Below are positions 1-11,079 of a stretch of DNA of 34,741 nt, one piece after another. Source of the stretch: Chiloscyllium plagiosum (taxonomy: Eukaryota); assembly GCF_004010195.1 (NCBI RefSeq), contig NC_057758.1, forward strand, positions 8,052,120 through 8,086,860, in the 5' to 3' direction. The notes beneath the pieces are model-generated. The model made no database searches and was not told the origin of the DNA. It was given only the letters and a program-made list of their open reading frames with translations. The position numbers and the translations under genes were made by a program. How positions within the stretch are numbered: position 1 is the first letter of the stretch; each line of letters starts with the position of its first letter.

Positions 1-400
1 CTCAGTCTCTCACTGTCACAGACTCACACTCAGTCTAGGACAGTCGCAGACTCACACTCAGTCTCTCACTGTCACAGACTCACACTCAGTCTAGGACAGT
101 CGCAGACTCACACTCAGTCTCTCACTGTCACAGACTCACACTCAGTCTAGGACAGTCGCAGACTCACACTCAGTCTCTCTCTGACACAGACTCACACTCA
201 GTCTAGGACAGTTGCAGACTCACACTCAGTCTCTCTCTGACACAGACTCACACTCAGTCTAGGACAGTCGCAGACTCACACTCAGTCTCTCTCTGACACA
301 GACTCACACTCAGTCTCTCACTGTCACAGACTCACACTCAGTCTAGGACAGTCGCAGACTCACACTCAGTGTCTCTCTGACACAGACTCACACTCAGTCT
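1..400. repeat. 28-bp minisatellite with two mostly alternating variants (56-bp higher-order unit)
   Basis: Units CTCAGTCTCTCACTGTCACAGACTCACA and CTCAGTCTAGGACAGTCGCAGACTCACA repeated ~14 times; array runs off the window start. Confidence 0.95.
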
Positions 401-619
401 ACCTCCCTTCCAGGCAGTGACTTACAGATTCCTCTGCTCCCTCTGAAAGCTCAAGTGATGCTCCTTGCCTTCGGTGACAGACTATGACATCACTACAATG
501 GGTGGAGCCAAAGCAATGTGAAACTTAATGCTTTCAGAATTATTACCTGATACTGCCAATGGCTGGTTGCACAGATGTGTGTTGGAATATTCAAGGTGAG
601 AGTGTGTGAAACACAGGAA

Positions 620-1600
620 TATGATCATTTGGAGCAGAATTAGCTCCACCATTCAATATTATCATGGCTGATCACCCACTTGAGCACCCTGTTCCCACTT
701 TCTCCCCATATCCTTTTGATCTTTTTATTTCTTAAAAAAAACCTAACTCATTCTTGAAAAGATTAATTGTTTCAACCTCGATTACTCTCTGTTTCACAAA
801 TTTCCATAGGCTTACTACTCTTTCAATGAAGAAATTTCTCTTCTCTGTCTCGCATCCTTCCTCTGTGATCCCTGGTTCTCAACTCCCCGGTGATTGGAAC
901 CTCCCTCCTGCATTTACTCTGTCCGGTCCTGTTAGGATTTAATAGGTTTCTATGAAATTCTCCTCCTCCTAAACTACAGTGATATAATCCTAATTGAACC
1001 AGTCTTTCTTCATAAGTCTGTCCTGCCATCCCAGGAATCAGTCTGATAGATCTTTGTTGCAAACGTTCCATCACCAGAACATGCTTACCTCAGATGAGGA
1101 GGCCAAAACTGAACACAATCCTCCAGGTGTGTTCTCACCAAGGCCCTGTATAATTGCAGCAACATATCCCTGCTCCTGTACTTGGATCCTCTCAGTATAA
1201 CGGCCAGCATACCACTTCCCTCTTGTCCCCTTGCTGCATCTACATGCTAATATGGTGGATAAGGACAGCCGGGTCTTGTTGTGCCTCCCTCTTTCACAAT
1301 CTATCATCATTCAGACAATAATCTGCTTAACTGTTTTTGCTATCAAGGTGAATAACTTCATATTTATCTCCATTGTACTTCATATGCTATGCATTTTCCC
1401 ACTCACTCAACTTGTCCAAATCACACTGAATCACAAATCACGCTGCATCCTCTCAGTTCACCCACCCACCTGCCCAGCTTTGTGCTGTCTGCACAATATT
1501 TGAAATATTACATTTAGATCCCTTATCTAAATCATTAACATATATATTGCAAATTGCTGGAGTGATCCCTGTATACCCCACTATTGGTTGCCACTCAGAA
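620..1600 (-). mobile_element. Degraded CR1-type LINE, 3' part of ORF2 and 3' UTR
   Basis: Minus translation ERLQQRSIRLIPGMAGQTYEERLVQLGLY resembles the CR1 post-RT segment; many frameshifts. Confidence 0.75.
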
Positions 1601-1618
1601 AATGTATTCATGATCTTT

Positions 1619-1931
1619 GATTAGATTAGATTCCCTACATTGTGGAAACAAGGTCTTCGGCCCAACAAGTCCACACTGACCCTCCGAAGAGTGACCCACC
1701 CAGACCCATTCTCTTCTGACTAATGCACATAACACTATGGACACTTTAGCAAGGCCAATTCACCCATCCTGACCATCTTTGGATTGTGGGAGGAAACCGG
1801 AGCACCCGGAGGAAACCCACGCAGACGCGGGGAGAATGTGCAAACTCCACACAGACAGTCGCCTGAGGCTGGAATTGAACCTGGGTCCCTGGTGCTGTGA
1901 GGCAGCAGTGCTAACCACTGAGCCACCGTGT
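1619..1931 (-). mobile_element. HE1-like tRNA-derived SINE
   Basis: Minus strand begins CACGGTGGCTCAGTGGTTAGCACTGCTGCCTCACAG (A box) ... GGTTCAATTCC (B box), has the GGGTTTCCTCCGGGTGCTCCGGTTTCCTCCCAC core and a (AATCT)n tail. Confidence 0.9.
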
Positions 1932-1950
1932 CACTCCAGAATCACAATCT

Positions 1951-2023
1951 TGCCTTCTCTGAGGATTGAACTCAGGGCCTTCAGATTATGAGACTGACGC
2001 GCTGCCTATTGTGTTGGATGAAG
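1951..2023 (-). pseudogene. tRNA-Met(CAT) pseudogene (elongator type)
   Basis: Minus strand AATAGGCAGCGCGTCAGTCTCATAATCTGAAGGCCCTGAGTTCAATCCTCAGAGAAGGCA matches the anticodon arm, T arm and 3' acceptor of vertebrate tRNA-Met; the 5' acceptor strand and D stem (GCGC>ACAC) are decayed. Confidence 0.85.
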
Positions 2024-2039
2024 AAGATTTACACCTAAT

Positions 2040-2640
2040 CTTTGTTTCTTGTTGGCCAACCAGATGTCTATCGATGCCAGTACACTAACCCCAACCCCAT
2101 GCACTTTAATCTTAAATCATCACTTATAAAGGACCTTCTCAAAAGCCTTCATTGAATTATGAAGTACAATTGTCCCACTTTCCCTCACTAGCCCCATAGT
2201 CTTAACTGTTATGAAACTTCAAATGCCCATCCAAGTACTTTTTAATGGTTGTGAGGTTTCGCATCTCATACCCTCCCAGCAATGCATTCCAGACCCTCAG
2301 GTGAAAATATTGTTCCGCAAATATCCTCTAAACTTCCTGCCTTTCACTTTAAAATAATGGTCCCTTCTTATTGACCTTTAAAGTAAGGGGAGCAGCTGCT
2401 TTTTATTCACTCTGTCCATGCCCCTCAGAACCCGCTGTCAGGTTCCCCTCCTCGGCCTTCCCTGCAATAAAGAAAACACCTGAGTCTGGCCAGCCTTTCT
2501 TCAAAGCTTCAGGAAATCCAAGTAAACTACATCCACTGGCTCTCCCTTATCAACTCTACTAGTCACATCCTCAAAACATTACAGCAGATTTGTCAAGGGT
2601 GATTTCTCTTTTGCAAATCCATGCTGATTTGTCCAATCCT
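2040..2640 (-). mobile_element. Degraded CR1 LINE fragments including an RT segment
   Basis: 2505-2630 minus translates [38 protein letters not shown] (CR1 RT QHGF / YLDF motifs). Confidence 0.8.
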
Positions 2641-3189
2641 GTGATTGCAAAGACATGGATAAGGGTTTCAGCAGCTGATGAGCTGAGCTAAGGACCAAGC
2701 ATCTTCAGTGAAATCCCACTTTGTACTGACAGGCACAAAGTTGAAACTCAGTCTTGTTGCAAACAAATTGAAAAATTGAGCCATCAACAAATGGAAACAT
2801 TGCCAACAAGTCCATATTATTATGGATGACATAATCAGGTCATGAAGGGATAGTTCCAATAGTATCCTGTCATGAGTGATATTCAGGAGGAAGTAGAATT
2901 ACTGAAGCTTCAAACACAACACTGTTCCACGAGGAAGATTCAATTCCCAGAATCACTTCGTAAAATATCAAATGATTCAGCAAATCAGACAGCTCTTCAA
3001 CAATCTCATTTGGGCAAGATTGGAGGTGAATGTCTCAAATGCATTTGCTCACAGAGATGAATATATGAAGTAAAATTAATTGTCTCCACACACTGTCAAT
3101 TACAATCTTTCTTTACAATGAGATCCATTAGCCCTGAGTACAGTCCTCAATGCACATGAGCCCCTTTAACCCCATCCTAAGATACTGAG

Positions 3190-3340
3190 GCTCATTTACC
3201 CCTCTGTCTGATGCACTCTGACACTGGAGCACATTAACCACCTCTGGTATCCTCCAATACAAATTAACCCCTCTGTCTGATACCTCTGATACGAGGGTAC
3301 ATTAACCTCTCTATTTGATACTCTCCGATGTTGCATATTA
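3190..3340. repeat. Degenerate short tandem repeat (~30-38 bp unit)
   Basis: About four copies of a (C)ATTAACCCCTCTGTCTGATAC-like unit. Confidence 0.6.
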
Positions 3341-3484
3341 GCCAGTAAATCAGACAGCATTTGTTGACAGAAACAGAGTTAATCCAGTGGGAAGGGCAAA
3401 GGAGACAATCTGTGATAGGATGGAAGACAGGGTGATTGAATAAAATCATGATACCAGCAGTCAAAAAGCGCGGGTAATGGATAT

Positions 3485-3709
3485 AGTCGAGAGTGTGGTG
3501 CTGGAAAGGCCTAGCAGGTCAGGCAGCATCCGGGGAGCAGGAGAATCGACGTTTCAGGCATAAGACTTTCATCAACCCCATTCCTGATGAAGGGCTTATG
3601 CCCGAAATGTCAATTTTCCTGCTCCTCAGATGCTGCCTGACCTGCTGTGCTTTTCCAGCACCACATTCTCGACTCTGATCTCCAGCATCTGCAGTCCTCA
3701 CATTCTCCT
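3485..3709. mobile_element. Penelope-like element remnant reduced to two inverted terminal (pLTR) arms
   Basis: 3485-3573 is an imperfect inverted repeat of 3585-3674; same family as the termini of 15837-17391; slightly decayed hammerhead core CTGATGA-A-GGGC-TTAT-GCCC-GAAA at 3584-3607. Confidence 0.85.
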
Positions 3710-4047
3710 GGTAATATGTATATCAAAGATAAAAGATTGTTTCCAGATCAAGTGTGAATTGCTACACACAAACCACCTGATGATGTAGGGCAATCCTGCA
3801 AAAAAAAGGGGAAAACCACATGCTGAATAGAATAGAGGCAGAAGTTATGATCTAAACTCATTGAACTTAATGTTGAGACCAGAGGCCATCCACCTCAAAG
3901 AGGAAGAATGCCATTCTGATCTTACAATAGGGTTTTCTGAAACATTGGAGCAGGCTGAGGTCAGAGTGCAGCCAAGGTGGAGAATAAAAATGGGAACATT
4001 AGGTCATGCCTGTGGATGGATTAGAGGTGTTCCAAACATGGTCACTG

Positions 4048-4240
4048 AGGAAGCAATGGTGTACTGGCAATGTCATCCAAAACCCCAGGCTCATGTTCCA
4101 GGGACATGGGCTCAAATTCCACTATAAAAGATGGTGAAATTGCGTTCAATTAGAAAACCTGATGTAACCTAACTATCGTCACTTATTATAAAAACCCATC
4201 TGGTTCCCTAATGTCATTTAGAGAAGAAAATCTGCCATTT
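4048..4240 (+). mobile_element. Degraded tRNA-derived SINE (second family)
   Basis: A-box-like ATGGTGTACTGG and B-box-like GGCTCAAATTCC, followed by a AAAACCCATCTGGTTC..AAATCTGCC body recalled from shark SINEs. Confidence 0.5.
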
Positions 4241-4417
4241 TTCCACAGGCAGATTCACAGAAATGAGGTTGACACTTTACTGCCCTCAGAACAATCTGAG
4301 CCAGCTGCTCATTTAATGGATGACAAACATTGGCCACCTGCCATTCGAGGATTTGAAAAAGTCTGTGTTTGGTTGCCCGAGTGCAGAGGAATTGAAAGGG
4401 TAAGTGTTGCACAGGAT

Positions 4418-4697
4418 CATAGAATTCCTATAGTGAGGATGCAGGCTATTTGGCCCATCAAGTCCACACTGATCCTCCGAAGAGCATCCCACCCAAACCC
4501 ACTTCGTCCCTATAATCCCGCATTTCCTGCACATCCCTGGACACAATGAGAAATTTAGCATGACCAATCCACCTAACATGCACAGCTTTGGACCATGGGA
4601 GGAAACCGGAGCACCCGTGCAGACGTGTATGTGCAAACTGTCACCTGAGAATAGAATCGAACCTGGGTCCCTGAGGCTGTAAGGCAACAGTGCTAAC
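4418..4697 (-). mobile_element. HE1-like SINE, 5' end interrupted
   Basis: Collinear similarity to 1619-1931 (AAGTCCACACTGA.CCTCCGAAGAG, GGGAGGAAACCGGAGCACCCG, GAACCTGGGTCCCT). Confidence 0.85.
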
Positions 4698-5100
4698 ATA
4701 GAACATAGAACACAGAAGAATACAGCGCAGTACAGGCCCTTCGGCCCTCGATGTTGCGCCGATCCAAGCCCACCTAACCTACACTAGCCCACTATCCTCC
4801 ATATGCCTATCCAATGCCTGCTTAAATGCCCATAATGAGGGAGAGTCCACCACTGCTACTGGCAGGGCATTCCATGAACTCACGACTCGCTGAGTAAAGA
4901 ACCTACCCCTAACATCTGTCCTATACCTACCCCCCCTTAATTTAAAGCTATGCCCCCTTGTAATAGCTGACTCCATACGTGGAAAAAGATTCTCACTGTC
5001 GACCCTATCTAAACCCCTAATCATCTTATACACCTCTATCAAGTCACCCCTAAACCTTCTTTTCTCCAATGAAAACAACCCCAAGTGCCTCAGCCTTTCC
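4697..5100 (-). mobile_element. Young 5'-truncated CR1 LINE 3' end
   Basis: Open frame GLFSLEKRRFRGDLIEVYKMIRG...TRGHSFKL...RFFTQRVVSSWNALP; (TTCTATG)n tail; possible 7-bp TSD CTAACAT at 4693-4699 and 5100-5106. Confidence 0.92.
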
Positions 5101-5159
5101 TAACATGTTCTGTGTTCATGTGAAATGTCATTGTTGGATTGAATGAGCAGTGGGTTTGT

Positions 5160-5510
5160 TGTCACAGTGGGAGCAGTCCCTCCAGAATGCTGAAAAGGTG
5201 ATGTCGGGAGATTGGGTTTGCAGACTGGAGCTGGTAGATATGGCAGAGGATGGTCCGTGAATACAAATAATGTTTTGTGGAACCTGAAGACCCAGGAACT
5301 TGGTTCTGGTGGAGAGGGGAAGAGGGACAGCAGAGGTGTAAGAGGTAACTGGACACATTGGCAGGCCTAGTCAAGTGGGAATCCTTCACTGAAGTAAGAG
5401 GAGGACATGTTGTGGAGCAGTGTTGCGCAAGGAGGCATTATCGGACCAGATGCAATGGAGACAGAGACACTGGGGAAATGGAGTCCTTTTGGGAAGGAGG
5501 ATGTGAGAAA
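5160..5510 (-). mobile_element. Old Penelope-like element fragment
   Basis: Minus FSAFWRDCSHCD resembles the linker region seen in the PLE copies at ~12200, ~16600 and ~31150. Confidence 0.5.
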
Positions 5511-5843
5511 GTGTATGTTAAAAACATCCTAAACTGTCTTCTGTAACTGTCTTTTTCTTCTTTTGTATTGTAAACCTAATCCTACGTTCACAGAATCACA
5601 GTAGGAGGCCATTTGACCCAAATGTCTGCACCAGTTCTTCTTAATGAGCATCATTACCTCGTGCCAATCTCCTGCCTTTTCCTCATACCCTTGCACACTA
5701 TTTTTATCACTTTCAATCTATGCCATCCCATCCTTGTTCCTTTTATGAGTGGGAAGGACTTCTTCCTATCTCCTCTGTCCAGTCTGCTCATGATTGAAGC
5801 TTCTCTTGTTGTGGTTCTGTTTGCCGAGCTGGAAGTTTTTGTT

Positions 5844-5883
5844 GCAAACGTTTCGTCCCCTGGCTAGGCGACATCATCAGTGC
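5844..5883 (-). ncRNA. Minimal hammerhead ribozyme motif in PLE left arm
   Basis: Reverse complement of 7199-7238. Confidence 0.75.
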
Positions 5884-6206
5884 TTGGGAGCCTCCTGCGA
5901 AGCGCTTCTTTGATGTTTCCTCCGGTGTTTATAGTGGTCTGTCCCTGCCGCTTCCGGTTGTCAGTTTCAGCTGTCCGCTGTAGTGGTTGGTATATTGGGT
6001 CCAGGTCGATGTGTTTGTTGATGGAGTTTGTGGATGAATGCCATGCCTCTAGGAATTCCCTGGCTGTTCTCTGTCTGGCTTGCCCTATGATAGTAGTGTT
6101 GTCCCAGTCGAATTCATGAATTCCGAGAGGCATGGCATTCATCCACAAACTCCATCAACAAACACATCGACCTGGACCCAATATACCAACCACTACAGCG
6201 GACAAC

Positions 6207-6964
6207 NNNNNNNNNNNNNNNNNNNNNNNNNNNNNNNNNNNNNNNNNNNNNNNNNNNNNNNNNNNNNNNNNNNNNNNNNNNNNNNNNNNNNNNNNNNNNN
6301 NNNNNNNNNNNNNNNNNNNNNNNNNNNNNNNNNNNNNNNNNNNNNNNNNNNNNNNNNNNNNNNNNNNNNNNNNNNNNNNNNNNNNNNNNNNNNNNNNNNN
6401 NNNNNNNNNNNNNNNNNNNNNNNNNNNNNNNNNNNNNNNNNNNNNNNNNNNNNNNNNNNNNNNNNNNNNNNNNNNNNNNNNNNNNNNNNNNNNNNNNNNN
6501 NNNNNNNNNNNNNNNNNNNNNNNNNNNNNNNNNNNNNNNNNNNNNNNNNNNNNNNNNNNNNNNNNNNNNNNNNNNNNNNNNNNNNNNNNNNNNNNNNNNN
6601 NNNNNNNNNNNNNNNNNNNNNNNNNNNNNNNNNNNNNNNNNNNNNNNNNNNNNNNNNNNNNNNNNNNNNNNNNNNNNNNNNNNNNNNNNNNNNNNNNNNN
6701 NNNNNNNNNNNNNNNNNNNNNNNNNNNNNNNNNNNNNNNNNNNNNNNNNNNNNNNNNNNNNNNNNNNNNNNNNNNNNNNNNNNNNNNNNNNNNNNNNNNN
6801 NNNNNNNNNNNNNNNNNNNNNNNNNNNNNNNNNNNNNNNNNNNNNNNNNNNNNNNNNNNNNNNNNNNNNNNNNNNNNNNNNNNNNNNNNNNNNNNNNNNN
6901 NNNNNNNNNNNNNNNNNNNNNNNNNNNNNNNNNNNNNNNNNNNNNNNNNNNNNNNNNNNNNNNN
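6207..6964. other. Assembly gap
   Basis: N-run. Confidence 1.
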
Positions 6965-7198
6965 ATGAATTCGCCTGGGACAACACTACTATCATAGGGC
7001 AAGCCAGACAGAGAACAGCCAGGGAATTCCTAGAGGCATGGCATTCATCCACAAACTCCATCAACAAACACATCGACCTGGACCCAATATACCAACCACT
7101 ACAGCGGACAGCTGAAACTGACAACCGGAAGCGGCAGGGACAGACCACTATAAACACCGGAGGAAACATCAAAGAAGCGCTTCGCAGGAGGCTCCCAA

Positions 7199-7238
7199 GC
7201 ACTGATGATGTCGCCTAGCCAGGGGACGAAACGTTTGC
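7199..7238 (+). ncRNA. Minimal hammerhead ribozyme motif in PLE right arm
   Basis: GCA-CTGATGA-T-[GTC g CCT agcc AGG g GAC]-GAAA-CG-TT-TGC: intact CUGANGA and GAAA core, helix II, 3-bp helix I and palindromic AACGTT helix III. Confidence 0.78.
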
Positions 7239-7519
7239 AACAAAAACTTCCAGCTCGGCGAACAGAACCACAACAACGAGCACCCGAGCTACAAATCTTT
7301 GCACAAACTTTGAAGCTTCTCTTTCCTGGGACCATTCTTGTAAATCGCTTCTACGTTCTCTGTAATGCATTCACATTGTTCATATAATGGAACGCCCACA
7401 ACTTGTACACATTACTCCACTGAGGTCTGACATGCGTCTTGGACAAGTTCAACATCACTTCACTGCTCTGGTATGTCTGGTCCTACTAATAAGGGAAAAA
7501 TGAGTTAATGAATGGCAAA

Positions 7520-8190
7520 ACCTAGAAGCTCAGATGAACGGAGGGATCTTGGGGTGTTTGTCCACAAATTCCTGAAGGCAGCAGATCAGGGTAAAGAAGA
7601 CATTTGGCATAGTTGCCTTTATCAGTCATGGCATGGATAATGAGAGCAGGGAGGTCATGTTGAAGCTGTAGAGGAGTTTTTTTGGTCACAACTGGAATAC
7701 TTTGTGCAGTTCTTATCACCACACTGCAGGAAAGATGTGATTGCAGTGGAGTGGGTACAGAGGAGATTCACCAAGATGTTACCCAGGATAGAACACTTCA
7801 GCCATGAAGGGAGGCTGGAGGCATGTTGTTTTCATTGGATTGGAGAAGATTGAGATAGGAAACTGATCGAGGTGTATGGGGCATGGACAGGGTGAATGGG
7901 TAGCAGCTGTTAGTTGAAGGGTCAATTTTAAAGGAGAAAAACAGGAGGTTTAAAGGGGATTTGAGGAAAGGTTTTTCACATAGAGAGTGGTGAGGATCTG
8001 GAGTGGACTGCCGGTGAGGGTCATTGACATAGACCTTGGGAACCTCACAAGCTTTAAAACGTGTGTGGATGAGCACTTGAAATGTCAATATCATCCAAGG
8101 CAATGGGCTAAGGGCAGGGAAGTGAGACTGATGTAGAGTTAGTGCAGCATTGGTGGTCCAGCCTCGATGGGGTGCACTGTCTGATTCTCT
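7520..8190 (+). mobile_element. Degraded CR1 LINE 3' part
   Basis: GAGGGATCTTGGGGTG..., CTGGAATACTTTGTGCAGTTCT, AGAGGAGATTCACCAAGATGTTACC and TTTTTCACATAGAGAGTGGTG are recognisable CR1 ORF2 C-terminal segments. Confidence 0.8.
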
Positions 8191-8633
8191 GAATACCGTA
8201 TGCTTTATTAACAGCTCTCCCCACCTGTGCTACGCACACACACCAGGTCCCTGGACTCCTGTACACCTTTCAGAATTGCACCCCCTATTGTGGATTGTCT
8301 TTCAATGTTCTTCCAAGCAAAGTGAATCACCTCACACTTCTCTGCAATGAACCTCAACTTCCACCCATCTGTCCACTCCACCACCGTGTCTATCCTTTAG
8401 GAGTTCGACACTGTCATCCTCACAGTTTACAATTCTTCCAAGTTAAAGTGGAAGTGTTACAATCTTAAAGAACATTGGTAGCCTCATGTGAATATGTTAA
8501 CAGACTCCAAAGATTAAACATATGATCTATCAAGTCAGGTTTTACTGTGGCATCTTGCCCTGCAATATCGCCATCAGCCGGGACCAAACCCCGAGGAGTG
8601 TCTGTTTCTTTCCTAATTGACTATTTCCATGAT

Positions 8634-8688
8634 TCAGAGATGCCGGTGTTGGACTGGGGTGTACAAAGTTAAAAATCACACAACACCA
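8634..8688 (-). mobile_element. Terminus of a third Penelope-like family, cut by the gap
   Basis: GAGATGCCGGTGTTGGACTGGGGTGTACAAAGTTAAAAATCACACAACACCA is the reverse complement of the terminus at ~28742-28793. Confidence 0.7.
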
Positions 8689-9188
8689 NNNNNNNNNNNN
8701 NNNNNNNNNNNNNNNNNNNNNNNNNNNNNNNNNNNNNNNNNNNNNNNNNNNNNNNNNNNNNNNNNNNNNNNNNNNNNNNNNNNNNNNNNNNNNNNNNNNN
8801 NNNNNNNNNNNNNNNNNNNNNNNNNNNNNNNNNNNNNNNNNNNNNNNNNNNNNNNNNNNNNNNNNNNNNNNNNNNNNNNNNNNNNNNNNNNNNNNNNNNN
8901 NNNNNNNNNNNNNNNNNNNNNNNNNNNNNNNNNNNNNNNNNNNNNNNNNNNNNNNNNNNNNNNNNNNNNNNNNNNNNNNNNNNNNNNNNNNNNNNNNNNN
9001 NNNNNNNNNNNNNNNNNNNNNNNNNNNNNNNNNNNNNNNNNNNNNNNNNNNNNNNNNNNNNNNNNNNNNNNNNNNNNNNNNNNNNNNNNNNNNNNNNNNN
9101 NNNNNNNNNNNNNNNNNNNNNNNNNNNNNNNNNNNNNNNNNNNNNNNNNNNNNNNNNNNNNNNNNNNNNNNNNNNNNNNNNNNNNNNN
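8689..9188. other. Assembly gap
   Basis: 500-N run. Confidence 1.
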
Positions 9189-9724
9189 TGCCGCGCATAT
9201 TGATTTGCATTTTTTTATAATCACTGCCTCCCAATCTCAGTTATCACTTTGCCTATTCATTGCTGCTTTCCAAACAAAATGAATAGAATGATCAGTTGGT
9301 CCAGCTGACTTCACAATACACGATAAAGCTCAGATTTTTCTATGATACTTCTCTTTTCCGAATCTGAATCATCCTCCGTGTAAGGCAATCTATTCCACAG
9401 AGAAAGTTCACGGAAGAAGGAAGTGAATTCTTTGCAAGATCTCTCCCAACAAAAGTTGATGTCAGGTCACAACCTGGCTGGTCGGACAAGATTCTAGGGA
9501 GAATCAAGTCGATCGTCATGTGATTTCACTCACAGTAATAGACTACTGAGGAAGTTTTCAGTTGCTGTCGTCATCGCTATAGGGTGTATATTATCTCGCA
9601 CATCAAGCACCACCCACATCATTTGTGACGAAATTCGTTGATTGCACAATTTGTTCCCCATCCGTAAGCAATATTTTCACTCACACATGCCTTTCATTGC
9701 ACATGATTACATCTTATGAAAGTA

Positions 9725-9862
9725 TGGTAATATTTGAAGGTGTGTGATTAGTTCACAAACATTTTGATCTTACATTTGATGGACATCTTATGACAATAAA
9801 ACGTCCATCAAATGAAAGAACGAAATGTTTGTGAACTAAACACACACCTTCAAATATCACCA
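9725..9862. repeat. 138-nt long hairpin (60-bp inverted arms)
   Basis: 9725-9784 vs reverse complement of 9803-9862: 55/60 identical, 18-nt spacer with further TTAT/ATAA pairing. Confidence 0.95.
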
Positions 9863-10095
9863 AACAACTTACTACTTCCACTAATGTAAAACGATAACAA
9901 ACAGCATTGTGATTCTATTTGTTTACCAGCCTTATTCGCCCAGCAGCTTATTCTAATCCATTCTTCCAGTGCTGCTGTGTTTGTTGTGTTCTCCATCTTC
10001 CTGGATGTCTCATCTCCATTATTCGTTAGACTACGGTTACTTTTGGCGAAAGATGTCATGCAATTTGAATACGTTCACCGTTTTCCTGATCCATG

Positions 10096-10714
10096 CATTA
10101 TGCACTAGGCGAGAAACCCCTAAAACAGTTTGCAGCCTGGACCCTATATGTTCCAGTTCGTTCAAGGAGAAGAGTGTGTATATTCTAGGAGTAATGCAGC
10201 TGGACCAACTGCTTAATTTTGAACAAAAAATAATGCATTTGCAAGATTATCAAAAGATAGACAAACAATTTAGAACTGAATGCCTGATCGGATCTGAAAA
10301 CCCAACAGATTATCCAAACTTAATGAAGCTGGTCCAAATACCTACAACAATCGCTGAAAACGCACCCTTAGCCAAAAAAACGGAGGTAGTGTTTTTCAGG
10401 GGAAGTGTCACATAGGAGGAGGATCAGCATGGGCATGCTTCTTTGGGACCAGCAGCTTCATAATTGTCTGCTTGCCCCCAAAAAAGAAAGCAAACGAGAG
10501 TGCAGCTTAGTTGATAGAACTGAACACTCCCATTTCATTGGGCACGTGAATTTTTTCAACCTGAATGCCTTTTGTCTGAGGCAGTATGGGTTAGCTATAA
10601 ACACTTCAGCCCTAAAGTACGTGAAACGTAGACTCCCGGGAACCTGTGTATTTATCAGCTCTCTGAGAAATTAAAAGGAAACCGTAACCTTGTTAAAGGA
10701 GCAGCATCATCACA
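10096..10714 (-). mobile_element. Solo-LTR-like relic A
   Basis: ~600 bp, similar to 14102-14540 and in reverse to 12241-12828 and 13416-14033; ends GCAGCATCATCACA. Confidence 0.5.
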
Positions 10715-11079
10715 CATGTCTTAGCTCAATTAATTATCATATACCGGCTCACCTGCATGGCAATTCTTTTAGGCAGGAATCCGCTCCCTGTCCCACAAAC
10801 TACTGCAACCAATTCCAACTGTCTACATGCACCTGGATCGCTCCCTCTGACCTTTCATCATTAGTCGACATGTTCATTGTAATCTATTAACGTCACATTA
10901 ATCGCTTCAAGTTTCCTGTTCCTCTTCCGCATTCTATGCTATCTCCCTCTGAACTGACAGCATTCCTTGATCTCAGATCCAACCTTGGCTGTTTTATTAA
11001 GATTGTCAATAAGTGTTGTGCTGCTGTTGTCTGGCCTACTCAACAAACATTACAGCTGTTCTACGTTAGCTTCTGGAAA

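Larger units (their letters stand above)
5808..7309. mobile_element. Penelope-like element (Poseidon-like GIY-YIG C-terminus) as two near-identical inverted arms around a gap
   Basis: Arm 5806-6117 (minus) is the reverse complement of 6965-7276; encodes HEFDWDNTTIIGQARQRTAREFLEAWHSSTNSINKHIDLDPIY; 14-bp direct repeat TTGAAGCTTCTCTT at 5794-5807 and 7310-7323. Confidence 0.9.
5590..7490 (-). mobile_element. Degraded CR1 3' fragment split by the PLE insertion at 5808-7309
   Basis: ACAGAATCACAG tail-like start; sequence resumes after the TSD with CCTGGGACCATTCTTGTAAATCGCTTCT, similar to other minus CR1 copies in the window. Confidence 0.55.

Noticed and set aside
1..400. CRISPR-like repeat/spacer appearance
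   Set aside because: The variable cores themselves repeat, the context is eukaryotic and there are no cas genes
6118..6206. Extra short inverted stub after the GAATTCATGAATTC palindrome
   Set aside because: Adjacent to the gap inside a palindrome; probably an assembly or hairpin-read artefact
6080..9282. Long ORFs (180-390 aa) in the ORF track here and at 31117-32277
   Set aside because: They run through N gaps and are not real reading frames
9969..10415. 148-aa plus-strand ORF
   Set aside because: Mostly overlaps LTR-like relic A, has a non-ATG start, shows no domain and is deleted in copy 2
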